From contig JAHDCC010000012.1 of assembly GCA_020630065.1 (NCBI GenBank), forward strand, positions 6,171-70,170: DNA of 64,000 nt, given 5' to 3'. The position numbers and the translations under genes were made by a program. Numbering within the stretch: the first letter of the stretch is position 1; each line of letters opens with the position of its first letter. The notes below the pieces were generated by a model. It was not told the origin of the DNA. It did not search any database and saw nothing but the letters and a program-made list of their open reading frames with translations. This stretch comes from Acidimicrobiales bacterium (GTDB lineage Bacteria; Actinomycetota; Acidimicrobiia; Acidimicrobiales; SZUA-35). Below, piece by piece: positions 56,542 to 64,000 of the stretch.

Positions 56542-56751
56542 ACCGCTGATAACTAGGATTTTTTCAACTCGTGGTGAGATATCCTAGAAGCATGTTCGAC
56601 CTCTCGCGAGGTGGAACAAGACGCCAAACCCGGCGATGTGCAACGATTATACCCGCCACTTTGATATCCGGCACAGATGCCCAGCTATATTCCGCCAACA
56701 TGGCTAGACGCTGCCCCACGTGACATACACCTAGTGGGCTAACGAGTACTG

Positions 56752-58299
56752 CTATGAGCGCCCGATCTCAAGCCAATCGACCGAGATGCCGCCGTTACCC
56801 GACCAATCAAGCCGAATTTGATGTTTACCTGGACTAAGTTCGACTTCGCCAACAACCTGTTTTGTAAAGTCAAACTCGGTTAACGAGCGCTCTCCGTAAA
56901 ATGTTCCAATGCGGTTTCCGTCTACAGACACGTCTAGTGAACCGGGCTCATCGATCGACGATGACACTCCGGTTGTCACCACAAATACTCCGGGTTCATC
57001 GACTGTGAATGAATATGTCAGCCACTCACCACCAGTTGTATCGACCACAGCGAGTTTAACGTCTTGTCCTGGAACGGCTACGATGTCGACTCCGTCGTCA
57101 CGGTAAACGCCACCAGAGTTAGCGTCATCTGAATCTTGGAATGATACACCCACTCCATCGTTGTCATAATCTTCTGCTTGGAGAACCCCAGGCGCTACTA
57201 TCAGACTCTCTGAGGGCACGAAATCTACCACGTCAACCCGAGAGGTTGATTGCCCGGACGTTGGCTCGGATGCGGTGTTCACGATCAGCCAAACACACAG
57301 CACCACAAACGCCACTAGGGTTACCAAACCAACCAGCAACAAAGCAAACCTCGAATCAAACCGAGTATTTCGTCTGGTGGAAGTGGTTGAACCCTGACTA
57401 GCCATCGGACTTGCAGCTGCGTTTACCACAGCGGGATTCGATGGACTAGACGGTATTTCTGTTGGTTTTGTTGGTTCAGGTTTGGTGTCTGGCTTTGGCC
57501 GGGCGAAAGGCGTAGCCAACGGAGCTAGAGAGTTCGGTTGGGGTTGGTGATCCGAAGCAGGCCCAGCTGGCTTCACTAGATTAACTACCGACTTCGGCCG
57601 GATAGCTGTTGGTTCCGATTCCGGTTGTGGCCACAAGATGGGATCGACGGTCGAGTCTTTCTCCCGGGGAATCAAAATTGAACGTTCGCCCTTGAAGACT
57701 TCTGAGTCTTGTTCAACAGGCACCTCAACCGGTGAAAGCTGTTGTTCTGGCACCAAGATGTTTTCAATAATCGTGTCATCTTGAACCAAGATGTCTAAAT
57801 CTTCACCATGAGGCTCGGAGTTAACGTCGACCGAGTCACCCAACGGGAGAGATGGCCCGATCTTATCTGGAGCTTCAAATCTCGACAGCTCCGAAATTGC
57901 CTCGGCTGCACTAATCGAAGGAGCCGATTTCGGGCGAGCAAGATCGATCTTCGATATTTCGGTTTCGACTGTGATGATAAAGTCAGGTGATACCGGGACC
58001 GGCTCGAGGGTAACTTCGTCGGGTGGAGGTTCGCCTACCCCAAAATTGCCAGTATCTTCAGCCTCTGGCAGGTCGCCAAGAGTGCCAGCGCCCCCTTGGC
58101 TTGATTCAGCGTAAGTTGACGATACGAACTGGCGGGCCAACTGACCAGGGGTTACCGCCTCTAGTTCTTGTTTGACTTCCCGCAAACTGTGTATCAGCTG
58201 TATCGCAGGCGATGATGATAACCGGGTACTGGCGTGCCCGGCAAGGGCAAAATCAAACTCAGTAGAAGATTTGGCGGTATCTTCCGTTACATCACTCAT
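56752..58299 (-). CDS. Single-pass membrane protein, candidate anti-sigma factor with an extracytoplasmic CBM6-like (galactose-binding-like) domain
   Basis: ATGA overlaps the upstream sigma gene. The TM is FALLLVGLVTLVAFVVLCVWLIV (residues about 317-340). The C-terminal 150 aa read LQAEDYDNDG...GEWLTYSFTV...LDVSVDGNRIG...GKHQIRLDW...VDWLEI. Confidence 0.55.
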   Translation of the reverse strand: MSDVTEDTAKSSTEFDFALAGHASTRLSSSPAIQLIHSLREVKQELEAVTPGQLARQFVSSTYAESSQGGAGTLGDLPEAEDTGNFGVGEPPPDEVTLEPVPVSPDFIITVETEISKIDLARPKSAPSISAAEAISELSRFEAPDKIGPSLPLGDSVDVNSEPHGEDLDILVQDDTIIENILVPEQQLSPVEVPVEQDSEVFKGERSILIPREKDSTVDPILWPQPESEPTAIRPKSVVNLVKPAGPASDHQPQPNSLAPLATPFARPKPDTKPEPTKPTEIPSSPSNPAVVNAAASPMASQGSTTSTRRNTRFDSRFALLLVGLVTLVAFVVLCVWLIVNTASEPTSGQSTSRVDVVDFVPSESLIVAPGVLQAEDYDNDGVGVSFQDSDDANSGGVYRDDGVDIVAVPGQDVKLAVVDTTGGEWLTYSFTVDEPGVFVVTTGVSSSIDEPGSLDVSVDGNRIGTFYGERSLTEFDFTKQVVGEVELSPGKHQIRLDWSGNGGISVDWLEIGRS

Positions 58300-58928
58300 G
58301 AGGGTATCGATACCTTGGTTCCGGCACCTGACAGCTCAGCTTCGACAACGGGATCGGGGTTGGAATCTGTCAGTGTGCGTTCGACTGAGGCCTGCACCGC
58401 TCTTGCTTCTGGTATCGACACGTCGAGAACGCGAGCCGCTTGCAGCAAATTCAACCCGAAGGTCAGGCGCAGATGAAGCATTTTCCGCTCGTCAAAGGAA
58501 AGCCAGTGCAAACCGTCGTGTAGTTCAACTATGCGTTCAGACGCCACGTGTTCATCGAAATTGGCTTGCCCACAACTCACATGTTCATCCGGTTCAAGTC
58601 CGTACGCTGCACGCTCGTTGACTATTTGTTCCATGGATAGTTTGAACAAAAGACCGGCGAATGCTGGTTCGCTGCCAACGAAACTTCTGATCTGCTCAAA
58701 CGCCTGAGACATCACGATGTCAACAAGTGACTCCGGTTCTGAATAGCATTCGCAAGCGCCAAGCAAATAGACTTCTTGAGCAAACCGCTCAAACAGCAGA
58801 TCAAACCCGCCAGACTCGCCTGAACGCGCGCTGGCAAGTGCTGCCACGAAAACGAACGTCTCTGTATTCTCATCAATCGTCATGAGCCGGTCTCCGCCGA
58901 TTTCCAACCTTGTCACATTGTAGACCAA
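58296..58928 (-). CDS. Divergent ECF-type sigma-70 family factor
   Basis: Region 4.2 is recognisable (LSFDERKMLHLRLTFGLNLLQAARVLDVSIPEARAVQASVERTL). Region 2 is weak (FDLLFERFAQEVY...LVDIVMSQAFEQI). The start is uncertain. Confidence 0.6.
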   Translation of the reverse strand: MVYNVTRLEIGGDRLMTIDENTETFVFVAALASARSGESGGFDLLFERFAQEVYLLGACECYSEPESLVDIVMSQAFEQIRSFVGSEPAFAGLLFKLSMEQIVNERAAYGLEPDEHVSCGQANFDEHVASERIVELHDGLHWLSFDERKMLHLRLTFGLNLLQAARVLDVSIPEARAVQASVERTLTDSNPDPVVEAELSGAGTKVSIPS

Positions 58929-58978
58929 GATTGAACAATAAGCCCCATGCTTCGACAGTCTTCGGAAACTTCCCGACC

Positions 58979-61630
58979 TTAGCCGTCTATCGACGTGATC
59001 TCGAAGGTTGTTGTAGCTGTATCACTTGAGGCGCCGGACGAGACAGTGATAGTGGCAGAATATGTTCCGGTAGCAAGGTTCTCAAAGACAACACTGATGG
59101 GTGCGCCGTCCTGACATTGTCCGGCCTTCGGTGTAGATCCGCCTGCTGGAGCCAACTCGACGGAGTAGGTATTGCAGTCTGTGGCTGTGAAACTAACTGT
59201 TGCCTGTTGATCATCCACGGTCGATGATGCGTCGGCAAGAGTCGCTCCTGTGGCCGGCTCAATAGCCAACATGATGGGCGTTCCTTGCTGGCCTTCAACA
59301 GACTTGGTTCTGATCACGGCTGAATATTCGGCGTTGGCGTCAAGTCCGTTGATGACTACGGGGTGAGACTTGGCACAGTTCGAATCAGACGGCGCTTCCC
59401 AGTTGCCTACATCGATAACTCGGCTATCGATTTCGACCCGAACGACCATACATACATCGGATTTGACCTCAAGTGTGACCGCTTCTGAGCTGGTTGAAAC
59501 GATTGTGGCGGTTGGCCTTGGCACTGCGCTCACTCCGCCGGTTGTGAATACCAAAGCCTTGGTTGATTTCGCAGTTTGTCCACGTTCGGAGGCGTCCCGA
59601 GCTTCGACCTCGACGGTATATTCGGTGCCTGGTTTCAACGCGGTATAGGTATAGCTATGGCGGTTGGAACATTCGGCATTCGGGTTGTTCCAACCTTCTT
59701 CGAAGTATGATCCGGCCGACCCGTAGAATCTGGCATGTGAACATCGACTCGTGACAAACGAGACCGTAGCTTGAGCATCACTAACGGAACTAACGGTGAA
59801 TTGTGAGATCGCGAAGTTTGCGTTCGGGGTAACAAACTCGACCGGAACGCGGGTACGACGGCCTTCTCGATCCAAGATATTCACTTCGATCGTATAACTC
59901 GTAGCCGAGTCAAGCCCTTCGAATTGATGGCGGTGCGTTTCTGAACACCCGACGTTGGCGTCTGGCCAGCCGTTTTCGGCGAAACGTTCAAGGCCCTCAC
60001 CGCTGTATTCAACGACCGTGCACGTCGACGTTGTGAACTCAATTGTTGCCGTTGATTTGGTGATTCCAACCACCGTTGGCGAACCCTCGATAGCCGCGAA
60101 TCCGGCGGTGAACTCAATCGTCTCCGACGACAGGCCTAAGCCTTCGCTCGCAGCCTCGATCATGACTGTGTAGACATTGCCCAGTTCAAGGTCGGTGAAC
60201 GTATGACTGTGTTGAGTCGAACAATCGGTAAAGTCGTCTGGCCAACCCTGAGTGGACACCGTATCTAGACCTTCACCGGCAAATGAAACAACACTGCACA
60301 CATCGGTAGAAAATTCGATTGTTATGGAGTCTTCGGTAACTTCAGTCGTCGACAGACCAATTATTTGAGGACCGGCCAAATCCTGTTCATCGTCTTGTGT
60401 TTCTCGCACACCGGCGACAGAACTGTCGTCTTGGCGATTGGGTAGAAGAATCACTGCAAGAAAGGTGAGTACTACTAACAGGCAAACGCCAAACACTAAG
60501 AACTTCGACGAATTCTCTTGCCAAAATGCTCGATCGAGGATCGCCGATACCCCGCTCTTAGGTGGTGTCTCCAGGCGACGTGGGCGACGCGCTACCGGTG
60601 GCGCTACCGATGGACGTGTGCTCGACCGTTGAGGGCGTCGAGGTGGGAGAACTACATCGCTGGCCTTTTTTGACGGTAACGAAGATACTGTGGCCGCCGG
60701 TGTCGGCTCACCGTCAGCCGGGTGACTCAACGCTATTGTCGATTCCACAAGCGTGGGCGAGCCTACTGAAGCAAGCGAACCAGCAGAAACTGGTTCTCGT
60801 TCCGCTTGCCCGATAGCGATCTTTAACTCGGCCAGAAATTCGTCGGCGTCCTGTGGACGTTCGGCTGGCGTCTTTGCCATAGCGCGCTCGATCAATGTAC
60901 AAATTGAGTCAGGAACTAGATGACGGAGGTCCCCAACCGGATCGTTCGCCACCCTGGAAAACACGGTGATCATGTCGACCTTTTCGCCCTTTGATTTAAA
61001 CGGAGCGTGGCCGGACAACAGCGCCCAAAAGGTAGAACCAAGGCCGTAAACGTCGATCGTGGGAGTAGCAGTATTCTCAGAGAAGGACTCAGGAGCTGAA
61101 TAAGCTGGTGTGAACAGTGGCGTCGATGCGTGATTCGCCAGTTGTTCGTCGGCTATGTGTCGAGCAATCCCAAAGTCACTTACCCGGGGCTTACCATCGT
61201 TTCCGACGAGTAGATTTGCTGGCTTGATATCGCGGTGGATCACGCCACTCTCATTAGCAGCCGCAATAGTTTCCGCGACTGCCTGAATATGTTCTGATGC
61301 TTCTCTCCATCGGAATGCCCCGTTGCGATTCATCTCATCTTGGAGGGATCCTGCCGGATAGTACGGCATAACAATGTACGGGGCTCCGGTCGAGGTCTCA
61401 CCAGACTCGTAGATAGGTACCACGCCTAGGTCGTCTGAGAGCTTCCCCATCGAGCGGCATTCGCGGTCAAACCTGCGTCGTACGTCTACGTCCCATGCCG
61501 ACATCAGAACCTTGACAGCGACAACTCGATCTAGCGCGATCTGACGGGCTCGATAAACAGCAGCGGAACCGCCACGCCCGATGGTCTCGATGTCTGCTAG
61601 CCCTGCTATCCCAAGATCGATTTCGCTCAT
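58979..61630 (-). CDS. Transmembrane Ser/Thr protein kinase with five tandem extracellular beta-sandwich (FN3-like) repeats
   Basis: The kinase motifs are GRGGSAAVY, VAVK, HRDIKPANLL, DFG and SAPE. The TM is at about residues 377-396. Residues about 421-879 are 5 repeats of about 90 aa. Confidence 0.9.
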   Translation of the reverse strand: MSEIDLGIAGLADIETIGRGGSAAVYRARQIALDRVVAVKVLMSAWDVDVRRRFDRECRSMGKLSDDLGVVPIYESGETSTGAPYIVMPYYPAGSLQDEMNRNGAFRWREASEHIQAVAETIAAANESGVIHRDIKPANLLVGNDGKPRVSDFGIARHIADEQLANHASTPLFTPAYSAPESFSENTATPTIDVYGLGSTFWALLSGHAPFKSKGEKVDMITVFSRVANDPVGDLRHLVPDSICTLIERAMAKTPAERPQDADEFLAELKIAIGQAEREPVSAGSLASVGSPTLVESTIALSHPADGEPTPAATVSSLPSKKASDVVLPPRRPQRSSTRPSVAPPVARRPRRLETPPKSGVSAILDRAFWQENSSKFLVFGVCLLVVLTFLAVILLPNRQDDSSVAGVRETQDDEQDLAGPQIIGLSTTEVTEDSITIEFSTDVCSVVSFAGEGLDTVSTQGWPDDFTDCSTQHSHTFTDLELGNVYTVMIEAASEGLGLSSETIEFTAGFAAIEGSPTVVGITKSTATIEFTTSTCTVVEYSGEGLERFAENGWPDANVGCSETHRHQFEGLDSATSYTIEVNILDREGRRTRVPVEFVTPNANFAISQFTVSSVSDAQATVSFVTSRCSHARFYGSAGSYFEEGWNNPNAECSNRHSYTYTALKPGTEYTVEVEARDASERGQTAKSTKALVFTTGGVSAVPRPTATIVSTSSEAVTLEVKSDVCMVVRVEIDSRVIDVGNWEAPSDSNCAKSHPVVINGLDANAEYSAVIRTKSVEGQQGTPIMLAIEPATGATLADASSTVDDQQATVSFTATDCNTYSVELAPAGGSTPKAGQCQDGAPISVVFENLATGTYSATITVSSGASSDTATTTFEITSIDG

Positions 61631-61935
61631 CTAGAATTGATCCTGTTGCAAGTTCTCGAATATAAGTAGCAAAGCTAAACCCACTCCCACCATTCCGGGA
61701 GGAGGAGGCGGGTAACAAAACGATCCTAGCGCGAACCTAGCCTATTAATCCTAGCTGCGGCAGATCTGGCGGACCAAACGGTGTGAACCAAATAACAACA
61801 ACGTATGTTATCATACGCTGATAGCGACACAAGTCGCTGATACCGCTGTCGTGGCGCGGCAACAAAATTGGTATCGCGAAGAACGATACCCACTAGCAAC
61901 AACAAGTTTGAAAAGATGGCGCTACAAAGAAGAGG

Positions 61936-62439
61936 ATGGAAAAACCGCTACCAGCAATCGGTTGGCGAGAATGGCTCGCCCTACCAGATTTTGACGTCGA
62001 TTGGATCAAGGCCAAGGTAGATACCGGCGCTCGATCATCGGCGCTTCATGTCGTTGACTTAGAACTGTCTACCGATGAGGCTGGAATTGAATGGGCGAGT
62101 TTCCGGGTACTCCCCCGCCAGCGTTCGGGCCGAGGAGCCGTCGATGCCCGCTTACCTCTCTTAGGCCGGCGTCTAGTACGTAGCTCATCGGGTGCAGTTG
62201 AGCACCGTCCCGTTGTCTCGATTTCTGCGATCGTCGCCGAAACCAAGATCAAGTTAGAACTAACACTTACGAGCCGAGACGATATGGGTTTCCGCATGTT
62301 GCTAGGACGCCAAGCGATTCGTCACCAATTTATTGTCAATCCGGCCCGGTCCTATCTCGGGGCTAAACCGCCTCGAAAGATCATCGCTCAAAACTGGCAG
62401 ACCGCCAACAAGAAGAAAAAAACGCCACCAAATGACTAG
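61936..62439 (+). CDS. Retropepsin-like aspartic protease (PF05618, annotated as ATP-dependent zinc protease; RimB-like)
   Basis: GWREWLALPDFDVDWIKAKVDTGARSSALH contains the DTGA catalytic motif. Confidence 0.8.
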   Translation: MEKPLPAIGWREWLALPDFDVDWIKAKVDTGARSSALHVVDLELSTDEAGIEWASFRVLPRQRSGRGAVDARLPLLGRRLVRSSSGAVEHRPVVSISAIVAETKIKLELTLTSRDDMGFRMLLGRQAIRHQFIVNPARSYLGAKPPRKIIAQNWQTANKKKKTPPND

Positions 62440-63463
62440 ACCTTCGTTTTCAATCGGGGCGTACGACATCGCACCTGGCACACGAAAAGACATCGACCTT
62501 CCGCTAGCCCGGCTTGTAACGGGAACACCAGTTTCGTTGCCTGTGCTTGTTTTCCACGGCAGCGAAGACGGGCCAACCATTTGGATCAATGCTGCATTAC
62601 ATGGTGATGAGGTATCCGGTATCGAAATTATTCGTCGAGTCACCGAACTACTTAACCCTGAATCTCTTCGCGGAACCTTTATTGCTGCTCCTATCGTGAA
62701 CGTCCACGGCTTTCTAACGGGCGATAGATATTTGCCAGATCGTCGAGACCTAAACCGCAGCTTTCCTGGCACCTCAAAAGGCTCGTTGGCGGGCCGTATA
62801 GCGAACCTCGTTATGACCGAGATAGTGTCACGCTGTTCGGTCGGTATCGATCTGCATTCCGGCTCAGACCATCGAACAAACCTCGCTCAAATTCGAGCGG
62901 ATCTAGATGACGAAAAGACCGCCGAACTCGCAGCCACCTTCGCCGCTCCGTTAATGATCCATTCAAAGACTCGTGACGGTTCGCTTCGCCAAGAGGCAGC
63001 AAAATCTGGTGCGACTGTGCTGGTGTTCGAAGGTGGAGAGGCTTGGAGGCTCGATCAGGCGTCTATCCGGTCTGGGGTCGACGGGGTTCTGCGAGTGTTG
63101 GCTCATGAAGGCATGATCGACCTTCCCCCCGGGGACGAACCGCCGCCGACGTCAAAGCTCAGCCGCAAGACTCGATGGATGCGTGCCCCGGAGAGCGGAA
63201 TTGGCCGGCTCCGAGTGGGGTTGGGCGACTCGGTAGCCGAAGGTCAGTTGATCGGAGAAATCTACGACGCATTTGGGACTCGCCTTGGAAAGGTGACCTC
63301 TCGAACCGATGGAGTAGTTGTCGGGTTGGCCCTCGACGCAATAGTGAATCGAGGCGATGCCGTTGTGAATGTGGCAGAGCTTTTTGAAGAGAAGGAAACT
63401 GGTACCGGCGTGGAACGTGATGTGAGTGAATCAGCAGATCAAAAGATAGAGAGTGATAGCTAA
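62432..63463 (+). CDS. Succinylglutamate desuccinylase / aspartoacylase (AstE/AspA) family zinc deacylase
   Basis: INAALHGDEVSG (HxxE zinc site), DLNRSFPG, and a C-terminal barrel. I chose the ATG at 62432, which overlaps the upstream stop by 8 nt. Confidence 0.8.
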   Translation: MTRPSFSIGAYDIAPGTRKDIDLPLARLVTGTPVSLPVLVFHGSEDGPTIWINAALHGDEVSGIEIIRRVTELLNPESLRGTFIAAPIVNVHGFLTGDRYLPDRRDLNRSFPGTSKGSLAGRIANLVMTEIVSRCSVGIDLHSGSDHRTNLAQIRADLDDEKTAELAATFAAPLMIHSKTRDGSLRQEAAKSGATVLVFEGGEAWRLDQASIRSGVDGVLRVLAHEGMIDLPPGDEPPPTSKLSRKTRWMRAPESGIGRLRVGLGDSVAEGQLIGEIYDAFGTRLGKVTSRTDGVVVGLALDAIVNRGDAVVNVAELFEEKETGTGVERDVSESADQKIESDS

Positions 63464-63467
63464 GCGA

Positions 63468-64000
63468 ATGGATCTGGCCATACTTTCTCGCTCTCCGACG
63501 AGCTATAGCACCCGGCGACTGGCGGTCGCCGCAGCCGACAGGGGTCACGAAGTGCGAGTGATGGACACACTCGGTTTCGCGATCGATCTGTCTCGAAATA
63601 CCCCCGACCTCCAGTACCGGGGTCGACCGATTTGGGATATTGATGCAGTGCTTCCCAGAATCGGAGCGTCGATCACCTACTTTGGTACGGCTGTCGTTCG
63701 CCAATTCGAACAGATGGATGTGTATACGCCCAATACATCTTTTGGAATCACAAACTCTCGCGACAAGCTACGTTCACTTCAGATTCTCTCTCGGCACGAT
63801 ATTGGGATTCCTGCGTCTACGTTTGTCAGCGACCGTAAAGGGGTTCGTGCCGGGATTCGTAGAGTTGGCGGCGCCCCCGTTGTAATCAAACTCCGCGAGG
63901 GAACACAAGGCATCGGCGTCATTTTGGCTCGCGATACAAACACGGCTGAGGCGATTGTTGAGACACTCCAAAGCACCGGAACCAACGTCATCGTCCAGCG
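63468..64000 (+). CDS. rimK: RimK-type ATP-grasp alpha-L-glutamate ligase, N-terminal part (runs off the window)
   Basis: My own translation is MDLAILSRSPTSYSTRRLAVAAADRGHEVRVMDTL...DAVLPRIGASITYFGTAVVRQFE...NSRDKLRSLQILSRHDIGIPAS...GAPVVIKLREGTQGIGVILA. Confidence 0.9.
   Translation, partial: MDLAILSRSPTSYSTRRLAVAAADRGHEVRVMDTLGFAIDLSRNTPDLQYRGRPIWDIDAVLPRIGASITYFGTAVVRQFEQMDVYTPNTSFGITNSRDKLRSLQILSRHDIGIPASTFVSDRKGVRAGIRRVGGAPVVIKLREGTQGIGVILARDTNTAEAIVETLQSTGTNVIVQ

Noticed and set aside
56542-56751. I examined this 210-bp gap for a small gene or RNA (a 43-codon ORF starts with ATGTTCGAC).
   Set aside because: It has no ribosome-binding site, no recognisable structure or motif, and a basic low-complexity product. 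The evidence is insufficient.

Overview
This 64 kb window looks like an ordinary chromosomal segment of an actinobacterium. The lineage markers are mycothione reductase, bifunctional FO synthase FbiC (F420), a cvn-type conservon, an Ada-AlkA fusion next to Ogt, and DUF3151. GC content looks moderate by eye, and the gene content would fit an Acidimicrobiia-like lineage, but that placement is inference only. I support about 70 protein-coding genes, mostly housekeeping and densely packed, often with overlapping stop and start codons. They include valS (partial), coaA, trmI, dacB, tkt-tal, fbiC, rnd, mobA, pyk, glpX, hppA, ogt/alkA, apbE and rimK (partial). I found no rRNA, tRNA, CRISPR array, transposase, integrase or prophage, and no clear defence island. 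The observations most worth following up are listed here. (1) A SelW/Rdx-type gene is truncated in the ORF track. Its full-length frame carries an in-frame TGA exactly at the CxxU redox position, followed by a SECIS-like hairpin. (2) An ECF-like sigma gene is translationally coupled to a membrane anti-sigma candidate whose ectodomain resembles a CBM6-type carbohydrate-binding module. Next to it is a Ser/Thr kinase whose ectodomain is five tandem Cys-pair beta-sandwich repeats. (3) A four-gene overlapping operon encodes a Gfo/Idh/MocA oxidoreductase, an unknown protein, and split Alg14-like and Alg13-like glycosyltransferase halves, with no other polysaccharide genes nearby. (4) A retropepsin-like protease, an AstE/AspA-type deacylase and RimK form a triad. 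(5) A CvnABCD conservon sits divergent to a DUF4388 gene. (6) An ApbE / MsrQ-like haem membrane protein cluster has, as its third member, a proline-rich tandem-repeat protein rather than a recognisable FMN-binding domain. All family assignments come from motif recognition by eye. No database search was run.
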